Positions 10,419 through 22,494 of a DNA stretch of 64,000 bases are shown piece after piece. Numbering within the stretch: the stretch's first letter is position 1; every line of letters begins with the position of its first letter. The DNA comes from Paracoccaceae bacterium. Its GTDB lineage: Bacteria > Pseudomonadota > Alphaproteobacteria > Rhizobiales > Stappiaceae. Position numbers and translations under genes: made by a program. Location: contig JABXHV010000025.1 of assembly GCA_013373445.1 (NCBI GenBank), positions 16,126-80,125 of the forward strand. The letters run 5' to 3'. The notes under the pieces are model-generated. The model was not told where the DNA came from. It saw only the letters and a program-made list of their open reading frames with translations, and ran no database searches.

Positions 10419-12407
10419 ATGACCGATCTTGAAAAACACCACAGCATGGCAAACGCGATCCGTTTTCTCGCGATCGATGCCGTGGAAAAAGCCAAGTCAG
10501 GCCACCCAGGACTTCCAATGGGGACCGCCGATATCGCAACAGTGCTCTTCACAGAGTTTCTGAAGTTTGATCCGACCAGCCCAAACTGGGCCGATCGTGA
10601 CCGTTTTGTTCTGTCCGCAGGACACGGCTCAATGCTGCTTTACGCATTGCTCTACCTGTTGGGTTACGAAGATTTCTCACTCGATGAGATCGAGAACTTT
10701 CGCCAGATCGGCGCGCGCACGGCCGGACATCCAGAGTTTGGTCATGGTGCAGGCATTGAGACGACCACTGGACCACTGGGCCAGGGCCTTGGCAATGCGG
10801 TTGGAATGGCAATTGCTGAAAAGCTTCAGGAAAGCCGTTTCGGCACAGACATCGTTGATCACTTCACTTATGTGCTCGCGGGCGATGGCTGCCTGATGGA
10901 GGGCATCAGCCAGGAAGCGCTAAGTCTTGCCGGGCATTTGAAGCTGAACAAGCTGATCGTTATCTGGGATGACAACGGCATCTCCATCGATGGGCGCGTC
11001 GACATCACAGACAGCACCGATCAAGTCGCCCGTTTCGCAGCATCTGGTTGGAACACAATCTCCGTCGATGGACATGACCCAGCAGCAATCTCGGTTGCCC
11101 TTCGTCAAGCCCAAAGCAGCGATCGTCCAACGCTGATCGCAGCTCAGACAACAATCGGATTTGGTTCCCCTGCAAAGGCTGGCACCAACAAGGTTCATGG
11201 CTCTCCGCTTGGGGAAGACGAAATTGTAGCGACACGAGAAGCGCTTAACTGGCCACATGAAGCCTTTGAAGTTCCAAGTGACATTCTTGATGCATGGCGC
11301 ATTGCAGGTCTGCGCTCATCCCAGGCACATAAGGACTGGCAAAAACGTTTTGCCGCGAAGGATGCAGAAGTTCGCGCTGAATTTGAGCGCCGCAACCGCG
11401 GCGACCTGCCGGTAGGCTTCACAGAAGCAGTGCTGGCCTACAAAAAGCAGCTTGCCGAAGAACAGCCGACAATGGCAACGCGAAAAGCTTCGGAAGCCTG
11501 TCTGGCTGTCCTGAACGAAGTCATCCCGGAGACGATTGGCGGCTCTGCCGATCTGACCGGCTCAAACAATACCAAGACATCTCAGACCACATCCATCACC
11601 CCGAATGATTTCTCTGGACGTTATGTTCACTGGGGTGTGCGTGAACACGGAATGGCAGCAGCCATGAACGGCATGGCTCTCCATGGCGGCATGATCCCTT
11701 ATTCCGGCGGATTTCTTATCTTCTCTGATTACTGCCGCCCGTCCATCCGTCTGGCTGCGTTGATGAAACAGCGTGTCATTCATGTGATGACACATGATTC
11801 TATTGGCCTGGGCGAAGACGGCCCGACACACCAGCCGGTTGAACATTATGCAGCGCTGCGTGCAATTCCAAATCTACTTTTCTTCCGCCCGGCAGACGTG
11901 ACAGAAACTTTGGAATGCTGGCAGCTCGCGCTGGAATCCGATGACGCTCCATCCGTGCTTGCTCTGACGCGCCAAAACCTTGTCTCGCAGCGCAACACCT
12001 TCGAAGAAGAAAACCTCTGCGCCCGTGGTGCCTATGTTCTTATCGACAGTGAAAACGATGCTGCCGTCACGATCTTTGCGTCAGGTTCAGAAGTCGAAAT
12101 CGCCGTCGAGGCCCACGCGGAACTGACCGAAGCTGGTATCGCAACACGCGTGGTTTCTGTTCCATCTTTCGAGCTCTTCGAGATGCAGTCCGACGACTAC
12201 AAGTCAGATGTCATCGGTCAAAGCCCTGCAAAGATCGCGATCGAAGCCGGCATCAAAATGGGCTGGGAACGTTTCATTGGTACTGAGGGCACATTTATCG
12301 GCATGTCCGGATTCGGTGCCAGCGGGCCATACAAGGCGCTCTACGAACACTTCGGCATAACGAAAGAAGCTGTCGTTGCAGCTGCAAAGGCAAAGCTCGG
12401 TTCTTAA
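10419..12407 (+). CDS. tkt: Transketolase
   Basis: [25 protein letters not shown] motif, [16 protein letters not shown]. Confidence 0.98.
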   Translation: MTDLEKHHSMANAIRFLAIDAVEKAKSGHPGLPMGTADIATVLFTEFLKFDPTSPNWADRDRFVLSAGHGSMLLYALLYLLGYEDFSLDEIENFRQIGARTAGHPEFGHGAGIETTTGPLGQGLGNAVGMAIAEKLQESRFGTDIVDHFTYVLAGDGCLMEGISQEALSLAGHLKLNKLIVIWDDNGISIDGRVDITDSTDQVARFAASGWNTISVDGHDPAAISVALRQAQSSDRPTLIAAQTTIGFGSPAKAGTNKVHGSPLGEDEIVATREALNWPHEAFEVPSDILDAWRIAGLRSSQAHKDWQKRFAAKDAEVRAEFERRNRGDLPVGFTEAVLAYKKQLAEEQPTMATRKASEACLAVLNEVIPETIGGSADLTGSNNTKTSQTTSITPNDFSGRYVHWGVREHGMAAAMNGMALHGGMIPYSGGFLIFSDYCRPSIRLAALMKQRVIHVMTHDSIGLGEDGPTHQPVEHYAALRAIPNLLFFRPADVTETLECWQLALESDDAPSVLALTRQNLVSQRNTFEEENLCARGAYVLIDSENDAAVTIFASGSEVEIAVEAHAELTEAGIATRVVSVPSFELFEMQSDDYKSDVIGQSPAKIAIEAGIKMGWERFIGTEGTFIGMSGFGASGPYKALYEHFGITKEAVVAAAKAKLGS

Positions 12408-12488
12408 TTGATGTGCAGGCAGCGGCAAGACATGCAGCCTGCATCTTAGGTAATCTGCACAAGGCACAGTAATTCTGAGGAGTTTGAA

Positions 12489-13499
12489 ATGGTGACCAAG
12501 GTAGCAATCAACGGTTTCGGCCGTATTGGACGAAATGTTCTGCGCGCCATCGTTGAATCCGGTCGCACAGACATCGAAGTCGTTGGCATCAATGATCTCG
12601 GACCAGTTGAGACCAACGCGCACCTTTTGCGTTATGATTCAGTTCATGGCCGTTTCCCGGCCGAAGTAACCGTCGACGGTGACACGATCTCGATCGATGG
12701 TGGAAAGCCGATCAAGGTCACAGCCATTCGCGACCCGAAAGATCTGCCTTGGGGAGAACTTGGTGTTGACGTTGCGATGGAATGCACAGGCATTTTCACC
12801 GCGAAGGAAAAGGCATCTGCACACCTTGAAGCCGGTGCAAAACGCGTTCTTGTTTCAGCCCCGGCTGCCGGCGCAGACAAGACCATCGTTTACGGTGTGA
12901 ACGACAGTGCCTTGACCAAAGATGATCTGGTTGTCTCCAACGCCTCTTGCACAACCAACTGTCTTTCTCCTGTCGCTTACGTGTTGAATGAGACTGTCGG
13001 TATCGAAAAAGGTTTCATGACGACGATCCACTCCTACACAGGGGATCAGCCGACACTCGATACGATGCACAAGGATCTGTACCGTGCCCGCGCGGCGGCC
13101 ATGTCCATGATCCCGACATCGACCGGCGCTGCCAAGGCCGTTGGACTGGTATTGCCAGAGCTGAACGGCAAGCTCGACGGTGTGGCCATCCGCGTACCGA
13201 CACCAAATGTTTCGGTGGTTGACCTCAACTTTATCGCCAGCCGTGAAACATCTGTCGACGAAATCAACGCAGCTATCAAGACTGCAGCTGAAGGCAAGCT
13301 GAAGGGTATTCTTGGATTCACGACAGAGCCTCTGGTGTCCATCGACTTTAACCACAACAGCCACTCGTCCATTTTCCATATGGACCAGACCAAGGTCATG
13401 GACGGAACATTTGTCCGCATCCTGACCTGGTACGATAACGAGTGGGGCTTCTCGAACCGTATGTCCGACACTGCGGTTGCAATGGCGAAACTTATCTGA
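12489..13499 (+). CDS. gap: Type I glyceraldehyde-3-phosphate dehydrogenase
   Basis: [19 protein letters not shown] active-site motif, WYDNEWG. Confidence 0.98.
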   Translation: MVTKVAINGFGRIGRNVLRAIVESGRTDIEVVGINDLGPVETNAHLLRYDSVHGRFPAEVTVDGDTISIDGGKPIKVTAIRDPKDLPWGELGVDVAMECTGIFTAKEKASAHLEAGAKRVLVSAPAAGADKTIVYGVNDSALTKDDLVVSNASCTTNCLSPVAYVLNETVGIEKGFMTTIHSYTGDQPTLDTMHKDLYRARAAAMSMIPTSTGAAKAVGLVLPELNGKLDGVAIRVPTPNVSVVDLNFIASRETSVDEINAAIKTAAEGKLKGILGFTTEPLVSIDFNHNSHSSIFHMDQTKVMDGTFVRILTWYDNEWGFSNRMSDTAVAMAKLI

Positions 13500-13526
13500 A
13501 CACCGCCATTCAAACAGAACGAAAAG

Positions 13527-13564
13527 AAATCCGCCGCTACGATCTGGTAGCGGCGGATTTTTTA
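13527..13564 (+). terminator. Rho-independent terminator after gap
   Basis: AAATCCGCCGCTAC-gatctg-GTAGCGGCGGATTT 14-bp stem followed by a T-run. Confidence 0.85.
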
Positions 13565-13673
13565 TTCACCTGCCTTCACCAGACCGAACTTACTTCGGAT
13601 AAACAATTAGTCCTTACAATACGTCAGGAATACAAGCGACCGAGCACCAGACCTCGGAAGAAGAGCAGGCAAT

Positions 13674-14297
13674 ATGAACTGGACTTGGATCTACCGCGAA
13701 CTCATCACTTTGATCGTTGTCATCGACCCAATCGGAACCATACCGATATTCTTGGCGACAACTGCCAGTATGTCGAATGAGGTGGCTCGCAAAGTCGCCG
13801 TTCGCGCCGTCTTGATATCGGCAGTCGTGCTGCTTTTCTTCCTTGTCCTCGGACAAATTGTCTTTGAGGCTCTTGGACTCCAACTTGGAGCCTTCCAGAT
13901 TTCCGGCGGTATCGTCCTGCTGCTCTTCGCACTTTCAATGATTTTCGGGCCTACAAAGGCAGATCGCGAAATCGAAGAGGCAAATCACAAATACTCTGCG
14001 GTTTTCCCGCTCTCAATTCCATCAATTGCCAGCCCCGGCGCTATGTTGGCCGTCGTCATCTTGACGGATAATCAAAGCCGGTCCCTGATGGATCAATCGA
14101 TTACCGCCGGGCTGCTGGCAGTTGTATTGCTAATCACGCTTCTGCTCTTGCTAATCGCAAAGCCGATCCAGAAGCTGCTGGGCAAGGCAGGGACCAGTGT
14201 CATCAGTCGTGTGATGGGTATCATTCTGGCAACGGTTGCTGTGGACTCAATCTTGAACGGCTTCGCTGTACTGGGCGTCATTCAGCTGGCGCAATAA
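13674..14297 (+). CDS. MarC family integral membrane protein
   Basis: VVIDPIGTIP, AFQISGGIVL, AVFPLSIPSIASPG, ISRVMGIIL motifs. Confidence 0.9.
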   Translation: MNWTWIYRELITLIVVIDPIGTIPIFLATTASMSNEVARKVAVRAVLISAVVLLFFLVLGQIVFEALGLQLGAFQISGGIVLLLFALSMIFGPTKADREIEEANHKYSAVFPLSIPSIASPGAMLAVVILTDNQSRSLMDQSITAGLLAVVLLITLLLLLIAKPIQKLLGKAGTSVISRVMGIILATVAVDSILNGFAVLGVIQLAQ

Positions 14298-14323
14298 CCC
14301 CGCACGACATCGAACGCCGGACC

Positions 14324-15676
14324 TCATCCAAACGTCACGATGGCGTCTTCGCCAGCTCCGTCGGCGGGCCCCTTCGGCGAGCCCGCAGGACTGCGGGAAA
14401 GCCGAATATCCAAAGCCTTGCGAAAGTCGAAAAGTTCGACATGGATCTGGCCTTGACCATGATAATCGCGCCATGAAGAGCAAACGATATCAATCAAAGG
14501 TTCCGGCCCACACACATACAGGTCACCGTTTTGCCAGCCAGGTGCACACAAGTGCATCAACGTCTCATTGTCAAAGGCGTTAGCAACGTCAGTGCCCAGG
14601 AAGTGAACCCGCAGCTGCGGCAAACGTTCTGCAGCCTTTGCAAGGCGCTCCACGTCCACAGCCCATTCAAGCGAGCGATAGCTGTAGATCAAGTCAATGG
14701 ACGGTCCATCATCTGGCACCATAGCATCAACCGCGGCTAGAAATGGTGTGACGCCAATGCCACCAGCAACCCAGACCTGAGGTTTACGACGATCCGGAAC
14801 ATATGAAGGTGTAAAGTCCCCGCAGATCTCGTGAATCTTAACACGGTCTCCTCGTTTAAGCCCCGTCATCAGGCCTGCCGTGAAGTCTCCCCTGTTGCCA
14901 ATCAGAAACCGCATCTCATGGCTTCGTGCGGAAGAAGCAATTGTAAAGGGATGCCGCTCGGGGCTTCCTCTCCAATCAAATGATATGGACGCAAACTGTC
15001 CAGGTCGCCAATGCTGTTCATCAGCTGGCCCAGCCGGGACAAGTTTCAGATCAACACCCTGTTTGATCGGCTCAACTTCGGTGATGATGTAAACACCAGG
15101 CTTCAAGACAAGGCGAACGAGGGTCCAAGCGTATGCTGCAAGTCCAAGCAATGACAGAACCACCAAAACCCACCAGACGAAGCCTGCAGTAGCCACAGGG
15201 ATCTTCGAGAAAAACGTATGATAGACCGCCGCGATGTAGACTGGCCCCATAAGATAATGCGACCATTTCCAGATATGATAAGGAACCAGTTTGAGCGCAG
15301 ATGCTACGGCCAAAAAGATCAAGGCAATGGCAGACCACATCCCTGCTTCGGTCGCCGACGGCGCCAGCGCTGGGATGAGACCGGTTCCAACTGGAGAAGC
15401 CAGCACCCAGTGACCGACAATGACAACAATTGATGTATAACCAAGCCACCGATGAAGACGATAAGCGCGCCCGGCACCCACCATAATACGATCAATCACC
15501 GGTATACGAGCAGCAAGTATGAGTGCAAGCGTCATCGCAGTGAGACCAGATGCACCCAACGTGGCCGGGATTTGATTCTTGTCAGGCACCTTGCCCAACA
15601 AAAAGATATAATGGATTGCGAGAAAGCCCATGAATTCCAAGACCGGAATCAGACTTCTCAAAGACAGGTGCCGCAT
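14324..15676 (-). CDS. Ferric-reductase-like transmembrane domain + FAD/NAD(P)H-binding oxidoreductase
   Basis: N-terminal TM helices with His pairs (YRLHRWLG, WKWSHYL..HT); HPFTIAS FAD motif, GDFT, VAGGIGVTPF, YVCGP. Confidence 0.85.
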   Translation of the reverse strand: MRHLSLRSLIPVLEFMGFLAIHYIFLLGKVPDKNQIPATLGASGLTAMTLALILAARIPVIDRIMVGAGRAYRLHRWLGYTSIVVIVGHWVLASPVGTGLIPALAPSATEAGMWSAIALIFLAVASALKLVPYHIWKWSHYLMGPVYIAAVYHTFFSKIPVATAGFVWWVLVVLSLLGLAAYAWTLVRLVLKPGVYIITEVEPIKQGVDLKLVPAGPADEQHWRPGQFASISFDWRGSPERHPFTIASSARSHEMRFLIGNRGDFTAGLMTGLKRGDRVKIHEICGDFTPSYVPDRRKPQVWVAGGIGVTPFLAAVDAMVPDDGPSIDLIYSYRSLEWAVDVERLAKAAERLPQLRVHFLGTDVANAFDNETLMHLCAPGWQNGDLYVCGPEPLIDIVCSSWRDYHGQGQIHVELFDFRKALDIRLSRSPAGSPKGPADGAGEDAIVTFG

Positions 15677-15907
15677 TACTGCATCCAGATCTGTGTGACC
15701 AAAGAAATTATCGATAAAGTAAAATCAACTCATGAAATTAGTTTTAAAGAGGAGCAGATCAGGTACGGCGAACACTGATAAAGTCTGGCTGCAGGACTTG
15801 AAATCAATAAAAAAGCAATCGATCTAGACGCGAACACCAAGCAACAATAAAAGACCCTGACAACGCTTCCATGCAAGCGTCCAAGGCAACTGCCCCAAGA
15901 GGTTCCA

Positions 15908-16531
15908 ATGATAGAGTTATTGACGGTTCTTTCACTCACCGCCATTGCGGCGATCGTCCCGGGCCCCGATCTCGCGATCGTCATCCGCAACGCTGTTTTC
16001 GGCGGGCGCGCCGCGGGTTTCATGACAGCGCTGGGGATCGGCCTCGCCCTCGTGCTCCATGCCACTTACGCCATTGCAGGGATCGGCCTTATCGTTTCCC
16101 AATCCATCTTGCTTTTCAACGTGATCAAACTCGTCGGCGCTGCCTATCTGGTCTTCCTTGGCATTACCATGTACCGCTCTGCAAGTGTCCAAATTCCAGA
16201 AGCGCCTGAAAACGCAGGTATGTCTCCATACAAGGCATTTCGCTGGGGCTTCATCACCAACGCAACCAACCCAAAGGCGACCATGTTCGCCCTAAGTGTT
16301 TTTGTCCAGGTGACTTCAAGCGAGACACCTCTTTGGGCGCAGGTCGGCTACGGTGCTATTATGTCATTGGGCGTTTTCTCCTGGTTTGTCCTGGTCACCT
16401 TCTTCTTTACGCGGGCACCAGTGCGCGCCGCTTTTTACAGCGCCAAACTCTGGATCGAGCGCACCTTCGGCGTGCTCCTGACGCTTTTTGGAATAGGCCT
16501 CGCACTTTCTACGAACAATTCACGCCCTTGA
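15908..16531 (+). CDS. LysE/RhtB family translocator
   Basis: IVPGPD, GAAYLVFLG, NATNPKA motifs. Confidence 0.9.
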   Translation: MIELLTVLSLTAIAAIVPGPDLAIVIRNAVFGGRAAGFMTALGIGLALVLHATYAIAGIGLIVSQSILLFNVIKLVGAAYLVFLGITMYRSASVQIPEAPENAGMSPYKAFRWGFITNATNPKATMFALSVFVQVTSSETPLWAQVGYGAIMSLGVFSWFVLVTFFFTRAPVRAAFYSAKLWIERTFGVLLTLFGIGLALSTNNSRP

Positions 16532-16546
16532 TCAAAGGTATCAACC

Positions 16547-17740
16547 ATGACTTTCAAAACACTCGACGACCTCCAGGATGCCGCTGGCAAATGTGCGCTC
16601 GTCCGCGTTGATCTCAATGTTCCAATGGACAATGGCAAGGTGACCGACACAACGCGTATCTCGCGCGTTCTGCCGACAATCCGCGAATTGTCAGACAAAG
16701 GCGCCAAAGTCATCCTGTTGGCGCATTTTGGAAGGCCGAAAGGCGAGCGGGTTAAAACTATGTCTTTGGCACCTGTTACCCCTGCTCTTGCCGCATTGCT
16801 CGGCAAAGAAGTGCTTTTCTGCGAGGATTGCATAGGCCAGACGGCGTCGAGCGCAATTGCGAACCTGGGCAATGGCGATGTTATCCTGATGGAAAACACG
16901 CGCTACCATCCGGGCGAAGAGAAAAACGACGCTGAGTTTGCCAAAGCGCTTGCTGCAAACGGCGACATTTACGTGAATGATGCTTTCTCTGCAGCGCATC
17001 GGGCACACGGCTCCACCGAAGGTATAGCTCGTCTACTACCAGCCTACGCCGGCCGTACGATGCAGGCGGAACTTGAAGCGCTCAGCTCGGCACTTGGCAA
17101 CCCGGAGCGGCCGGTCCTCGCCGTTGTTGGCGGCGCAAAAGTCTCTTCGAAAATTGACCTGCTCGAAAATCTTGTCTCAAAGGTCGACATGCTGGTCATA
17201 GGCGGAGGCATGGCAAATACCTTCCTCGCCGCAAAAGGCATCGACGTAGGAAAGTCGCTCTGCGAACATGAATTGGCGGCAACAGCAAAGACAATCATGG
17301 CAGCTGCAGAGAAATCAGGCTGCGAAATTGTCTTACCGGTAGACGCAGTCGTCGCGCGTGAATTCAAGGCAGGGGCAGACAACGAAACGGTCACCCTCGA
17401 CGCCATACCCCAGGATGCGATGATGCTCGACGTTGGAGCCTCCTCGATCGAAACCGTGAAGCAGAAAATTGCTGCGGCAAAGACACTGGTCTGGAATGGT
17501 CCGCTTGGTGCGTTTGAGATAGAGCCTTTCGACAAGGCAACGGTCGCAGCGGCGAAATTTGCAGCCGAAAGAGCAAAAGCTGGTCAGCTGAATGCAGTGG
17601 CAGGTGGCGGTGATACGGTGGCTGCTCTCAATCACGCAGGCGCCGCGGATGACTTCTCATATGTCTCAACAGCAGGTGGCGCATTTCTCGAGTGGTTGGA
17701 AGGCAAAGAACTTCCCGGCGTTAAGGCGCTGGAAGTTTAA
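16547..17740 (+). CDS. pgk: Phosphoglycerate kinase
   Basis: [47 protein letters not shown]. Confidence 0.98.
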   Translation: MTFKTLDDLQDAAGKCALVRVDLNVPMDNGKVTDTTRISRVLPTIRELSDKGAKVILLAHFGRPKGERVKTMSLAPVTPALAALLGKEVLFCEDCIGQTASSAIANLGNGDVILMENTRYHPGEEKNDAEFAKALAANGDIYVNDAFSAAHRAHGSTEGIARLLPAYAGRTMQAELEALSSALGNPERPVLAVVGGAKVSSKIDLLENLVSKVDMLVIGGGMANTFLAAKGIDVGKSLCEHELAATAKTIMAAAEKSGCEIVLPVDAVVAREFKAGADNETVTLDAIPQDAMMLDVGASSIETVKQKIAAAKTLVWNGPLGAFEIEPFDKATVAAAKFAAERAKAGQLNAVAGGGDTVAALNHAGAADDFSYVSTAGGAFLEWLEGKELPGVKALEV

Positions 17741-17748
17741 AAGCACCC

Positions 17749-17784
17749 GATTGCAGGCAGGGCATTTATGCCCCGCCTGCAATC
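17749..17784. terminator. GC-rich hairpin after pgk (no clear U-tract)
   Basis: GATTGCAGGC-A-GGGCA-ttta-TGCCC-C-GCCTGCAATC inverted repeat. Confidence 0.5.
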
Positions 17785-17990
17785 CTTGGCAGCAAAAAGT
17801 ATTAATTTGACTGCAAAATTAAGGCTACAGCATTTTTCTGTATATCTATTTGAATTTCAAACGATTTAAGGGAAAACGCCCTACTTCCATATTGTTTGAA
17901 TCTTGCTAGAACTTGTCTCACTCAAAAACACAAGACCGCATCAGACACTTGTCCGGCTTCGTCAGCTGTAAGCGGTTCGGGAGACAAAAA

Positions 17991-19058
17991 ATGGCGCGTA
18001 TCACCCTGAGACAATTGCTCGATCACGCAGCTGAGCATGACTATGGCGTTCCAGCCTTCAACATCAACAACATGGAACAAGCACTTGCGATAATGGCTGC
18101 TGCGGACAAAACCGATGCGCCAGTGATTATCCAGGCTTCGCGGGGCGCGCGCGCCTACGCTCATGATGTCATGCTAAAGCACATGATGGATGCAGTCACC
18201 GAAATCTATCCTCACATTCCAGTCTGCGTTCACCTGGACCATGGCAACGAAGCTTCCACATGCATGAGTGCAATGCAGGCTGGCTTTACGTCGGTCATGA
18301 TGGACGGGTCACTTGAGGCAGATGGCAAGACACCGGCAGACTGGGACTACAACATCGGCGTCACCAAAACCGTTTCAGAAATGGCTCATCTTGGCGGCAT
18401 TTCGATCGAGGGAGAGCTTGGGGTGCTGGGCTCTCTGGAAACCGGCATGGGAGACAAGGAAGACGGCCACGGCGCGGAAGGCAAACTGACGGAAGACCAG
18501 CTGCTGACCAACCCGGATGAAGCAGTCAAGTTTGTTTCAGAGACCAAAGTTGATGCCTTGGCAATCGCGATGGGCACGTCTCACGGCGCCTATAAGTTCA
18601 CCCGCAAACCGGATGGTGATATTCTTGCAATGCATGTCATCGAGGAAATCCATCGCCGTCTGCCAGACACCCATCTGGTGATGCATGGCTCTTCATCGGT
18701 GCCACAAGATCTTCAGGACATCATCAACCAGTATGGCGGAGAGATGCCGCAAACATGGGGTGTGCCAGTTGAAGAAATTCAACGCGGCATCAAAAACGGC
18801 GTGCGCAAAGTCAACATCGACACCGACAATCGCATGGCCATGACCGGCCAGATCCGCAAGGTCTTGTCCGAAAACCCAGGTGAGTTCGATCCGCGCAAGT
18901 ACCTCAAGCCGGCACGCGAAGCGATGGAGAAGCTCTGCATCCAGCGCCTTGAAGACTTCAATACTGCGGGCAAAGCGTCGAAGTTCGGACGCATCGCAAC
19001 GCTTGCTGAAATGGCAGCTGAATACAAAAGTGGTCGCCTCGATCCGAAGATCAGCTAG
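17991..19058 (+). CDS. fba: Class II fructose-bisphosphate aldolase (CbbA/FbaA subtype)
   Basis: [15 protein letters not shown] start at 17991; [27 protein letters not shown]. Confidence 0.96.
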   Translation: MARITLRQLLDHAAEHDYGVPAFNINNMEQALAIMAAADKTDAPVIIQASRGARAYAHDVMLKHMMDAVTEIYPHIPVCVHLDHGNEASTCMSAMQAGFTSVMMDGSLEADGKTPADWDYNIGVTKTVSEMAHLGGISIEGELGVLGSLETGMGDKEDGHGAEGKLTEDQLLTNPDEAVKFVSETKVDALAIAMGTSHGAYKFTRKPDGDILAMHVIEEIHRRLPDTHLVMHGSSSVPQDLQDIINQYGGEMPQTWGVPVEEIQRGIKNGVRKVNIDTDNRMAMTGQIRKVLSENPGEFDPRKYLKPAREAMEKLCIQRLEDFNTAGKASKFGRIATLAEMAAEYKSGRLDPKIS

Positions 19059-19099
19059 GTTTCAGCTCAGGCTGGACGTTTACTTTCATGAGAAATTCC

Positions 19100-19125
19100 A
19101 AAGAGGGGCCTTGCGTCCCTCTTTT
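19100..19125 (+). terminator. Probable terminator after fba
   Basis: AAAGAGGG...CCCTCTTT stem ending in a T-run. Confidence 0.55.
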
Positions 19126-19181
19126 GCCGTCTTTAGGGACTACAACACATTCTTGTTTCAAAACCACACGGATTCTAAAGC

Positions 19182-19823
19182 GTGAACAGACCCCGCATTT
19201 TTCTTGTTACTCCACCTGACCTTGATGCAGACGCGCTAGCGCCGAAGCTGAAAGACGCATTGCAGGGCGGTGACATTGCATGTGTCCTGATATACACGCC
19301 GCAGACCAACTCTCGAGATCTGCAGGAAGCCGCCAAAAGCCTGGTGCCTCTCATTCAGGAAAGTGAAGCAGCCGCCCTGATTTACAATGACACTCAGGTT
19401 GCCGGTCGCAGCGGCGCAGATGGCGCCCATGTCGATAGTTCACTTGAAGATGTAAAGCTCGCCGTTGAGAGCCTGCAGCCTGAAAAGATCGTTGGCGCAG
19501 GTGGCACCAAGCTCAAACACGAAGATATGGAACACGCCGAGACCGGCATTGACTATCTCTTTATTGGACGCCTCGATCTGGAAGAGCAGGAAGAAACCCA
19601 TCCAAAGACGTTGTCGAAAGCAGAATGGTGGGCCAATCTGTTTGAGACGCCGTGTGTGGCACTTGCAGGAAAAACCATTGGTGCAGTGGAACAGGCTGCA
19701 GCCACAGGCGCAGATTTTGTAGCTATCAAGGACTTCGTCTGGAACCATTCAGAAGGTCCGGCAAAAGCGATCGCAGAGGCCAATGCCCTTCTGGAACAAC
19801 ACACGTTTGAGGACGTGGATTAA
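19182..19823 (+). CDS. Thiamine-phosphate synthase-like (ThiE/TenI family) protein
   Basis: TIM-barrel pattern with ADGAHV, DYLFIG, PCVALAG, GADFVA; conserved position after fba in Rhizobiales. Confidence 0.75.
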   Translation: MNRPRIFLVTPPDLDADALAPKLKDALQGGDIACVLIYTPQTNSRDLQEAAKSLVPLIQESEAAALIYNDTQVAGRSGADGAHVDSSLEDVKLAVESLQPEKIVGAGGTKLKHEDMEHAETGIDYLFIGRLDLEEQEETHPKTLSKAEWWANLFETPCVALAGKTIGAVEQAAATGADFVAIKDFVWNHSEGPAKAIAEANALLEQHTFEDVD

Positions 19824-19827
19824 ATCG

Positions 19828-20889
19828 ATGCAGCGTTTCCTGGCTTTCTCAACGGCACCGTTGATTTGCCTTTTGTGCCTTGTCGCACCTGCAACCAGCG
19901 TCGCGCAAACACAGGATGATGCGCAGACGAAGGTCGAAACGCCACCTCAATCACCTGAAGCAATCGAGCTGCGCAGCCCGACTGCCGTTCCAATTCCGGA
20001 GCTTGAAGATGGCACTGCGCCGGATGCCGACCTCGCCTATTCGGCGTTTCAACGCGGTTGGTATTTGACCGCCGCAGCCATCGCAAGACCTCTCGCCGAA
20101 AACGGCGATGCAGCTGCGCAGGCCTTGTTGGGCGTGCTGAACGAAGCTGGTTTAGGCATCAACCAGGACAAAACCAGAGCCACACAGTGGTATGAGCTTG
20201 CTGTCAAAGGTGGCAACACAACCGCAGCCTTCCAGCTTGCCCAGATGTACCTTCTCGGGACCGGTGTCGAGCCCGATAAGAAAAAGGCGGCGGATCTTTT
20301 GGAGATCGCAGCCGAGAAGGGCAACCCGGCTGCTCTATATAATCTCGCGCTGCTCTACCAGGAAGGTGAAGGCCGTCCGAGGGATGAGGCGAAGGCCCGG
20401 GAACTTCTGGAACAAGCGGCCCAACAGAACGATCCGGACGCCCAATATGCGCTCGGTCTGTCTTACCTGGAAGGTGTCGGGGGTTATGACGATCCCGGTC
20501 AGGGTGCGTTCTGGCTCGGCCGCGCCGCGCGACGCGGACATACGGCAGCGCAGGTCTATTATGGCATCTTGCGTTTCCAGGGCCGGGGCGTCGATACAGA
20601 CGAAGAAGAAGCCGCTGATTGGTTTGAACGCGCTGCGACAGCGGGCAACCCGGTTGCCATGAACCGTCTGGCACGAATCTATGCTCGGGGCAGAGGCCGA
20701 GCTCTTGACCCTGAAGAAGCAGCCAAGTGGCATTATACAGCAAGAGCACTTGGTGTTTCAGACCTTGTGTTGGATGGTTTCGTCGAAACTCTGGACGAAG
20801 AAACTCAACTAAAAGCACAGAAAAAGGCTGGTAAAATGACAGCCACAATTCTTGCCCCATCGTCAGATCCAAGTCGCTCCTCACCTTAA
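19828..20889 (+). CDS. Sel1-like repeat (SLR) exported protein
   Basis: Signal-peptide-like N-terminus; repeated A...LG.LY..G.GV..D...A..W...AA..G units. Confidence 0.9.
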   Translation: MQRFLAFSTAPLICLLCLVAPATSVAQTQDDAQTKVETPPQSPEAIELRSPTAVPIPELEDGTAPDADLAYSAFQRGWYLTAAAIARPLAENGDAAAQALLGVLNEAGLGINQDKTRATQWYELAVKGGNTTAAFQLAQMYLLGTGVEPDKKKAADLLEIAAEKGNPAALYNLALLYQEGEGRPRDEAKARELLEQAAQQNDPDAQYALGLSYLEGVGGYDDPGQGAFWLGRAARRGHTAAQVYYGILRFQGRGVDTDEEEAADWFERAATAGNPVAMNRLARIYARGRGRALDPEEAAKWHYTARALGVSDLVLDGFVETLDEETQLKAQKKAGKMTATILAPSSDPSRSSP

Positions 20890-21031
20890 GCACATAAACC
20901 AAATCTGCTTTTTTCCTTGAAACCGCGTGGCAATTGTGTAGGACAGGCGCCAACACTGGTGCTGTGATGAAACTCTTTCAAATTATCTCACGGCACCCAA
21001 GCTTCACATAATTGGGTCAATCGGTCGTTCC

Positions 21032-21595
21032 ATGAAAATCAACGGTAACGAAATCAAACCAGGCAATGTTCTGCAGCACCAGGAAACGCTTTGGGCAGTC
21101 GTGAAAGTCGATCACGTCAAACCGGGCAAAGGCGGTGCTTTTGCCCAGGTAGAAATGAAAAACCTCATTGACGGCCGCAAGCTCAACGAGCGGTTCCGGT
21201 CAGAAGACAAGGTCGAGCGCGTCCGCCTCGAGCAAAAAGACTTCCAATACCTCTACACACAGGAAGACATGCTCGTATTCATGGACACAGAAACCTACGA
21301 GCAGCTGGAACTTCAAGCTGACTTCGTCGGAGACCGCGCTGCGTTCTTGCAAGATGGCATGATGGTCACCGTTGAGCTTCATGAAGAGCGCCCAATCGGG
21401 ATTACTCTGCCGACGCATGTGACCCTCGAAATCTCCGAAGCAGATGCAGTGGTGAAGGGACAAACCCAGTCCTCATCCTACAAGCCAGCCATTATGGAAA
21501 ACGGTGTCCGCGTAATGGTACCGCCGTTCATCAAGGCCGGCGAGCGGATCATTGTTGACACGGGTACGCTGGAATACGTCCGCCGCGCTGACTGA
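21032..21595 (+). CDS. efp: Elongation factor P
   Basis: [12 protein letters not shown] loop, [21 protein letters not shown]. Confidence 0.98.
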   Translation: MKINGNEIKPGNVLQHQETLWAVVKVDHVKPGKGGAFAQVEMKNLIDGRKLNERFRSEDKVERVRLEQKDFQYLYTQEDMLVFMDTETYEQLELQADFVGDRAAFLQDGMMVTVELHEERPIGITLPTHVTLEISEADAVVKGQTQSSSYKPAIMENGVRVMVPPFIKAGERIIVDTGTLEYVRRAD

Positions 21596-21668
21596 TCCAA
21601 GGTCTGAGAAATAAAACAGGTGCAGGTATGATCTTCAGGTCTGCACCAAAACAAACTGGCACAATAAT

Positions 21669-22463
21669 ATGGCTCGCACAGCTATCCTCAACGTAATGGT
21701 CCAGGCCGCAACAAAGGCCGGACGTAGCCTCATTCGAGATTTTGGCGAAGTTGAAAACTTGCAAGTCTCCCGCAAGGGGCCTGGCGATTTCGTCTCCGCT
21801 GCTGACCGCAAGGCAGAAGAAATCATCAGAGAAGAGCTGATCAAGGCGCGTCCAACATTTGGTCTCGTCATGGAGGAAAGCGGTGAAATTGAAGGCACCG
21901 ACGGCCAGCACCGTTGGCATGTTGATCCACTCGACGGAACAACCAACTTCCTTCATGGCATTCCGATTTTTGCGACATCGATTGCGCTCGAGCGTCAGGG
22001 GCAGATCGTAGCCGGGGTCATTTACAACCCTGTCATGGACGAACTCTACACAGCTGAGCGTGGGCGAGGCGCCTATCTGAACGATCGCCGTTTACGTGTT
22101 GCAGGACGGTCGGAACTGACAGAGATGGTCTTCGGCACCGGCCTTCCATTCGTTGGCCGGGGCGACCACGGGCTCGCTCTGAAGGAGATGCGCTATTTCA
22201 TGCCTGAGGTTGCAGGCATCCGTCGTTGCGGCGCCGCAGCCATCGATCTTGCATGGACAGCAGCAGGTCGCCTGGACGGCTACTGGGAGCACAAGCTGAA
22301 CTCCTGGGACATCGCAGCTGGCCTTTTGATGGTTCGTGAAGCTGGCGGATACGTCACCGATATGGACGGCAAGGACAAGATGCTTGAAAACGGCGATGTC
22401 GTCGTTGGCAATGAATTCGCGCACCGCCAAATCATGCGCCTTTTGAAGCTTGCCAAGGGATAA
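21669..22463 (+). CDS. suhB: Inositol monophosphatase family protein SuhB
   Basis: DFVSAAD, WHVDPLDGTTNF, WDIAAG motifs. Confidence 0.93.
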   Translation: MARTAILNVMVQAATKAGRSLIRDFGEVENLQVSRKGPGDFVSAADRKAEEIIREELIKARPTFGLVMEESGEIEGTDGQHRWHVDPLDGTTNFLHGIPIFATSIALERQGQIVAGVIYNPVMDELYTAERGRGAYLNDRRLRVAGRSELTEMVFGTGLPFVGRGDHGLALKEMRYFMPEVAGIRRCGAAAIDLAWTAAGRLDGYWEHKLNSWDIAAGLLMVREAGGYVTDMDGKDKMLENGDVVVGNEFAHRQIMRLLKLAKG

Positions 22464-22494
22464 ACACCCGACTGAGCTAGCCTTTTAACTCCCG

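Noticed and set aside
20204-20956. 250-aa antisense ORF over the Sel1 gene (similar long antisense ORFs at 3496..4266 and 44798..45523)
   Set aside because: Each fully overlaps a well-supported gene on the other strand and has no recognisable motifs; expected shadow ORFs.
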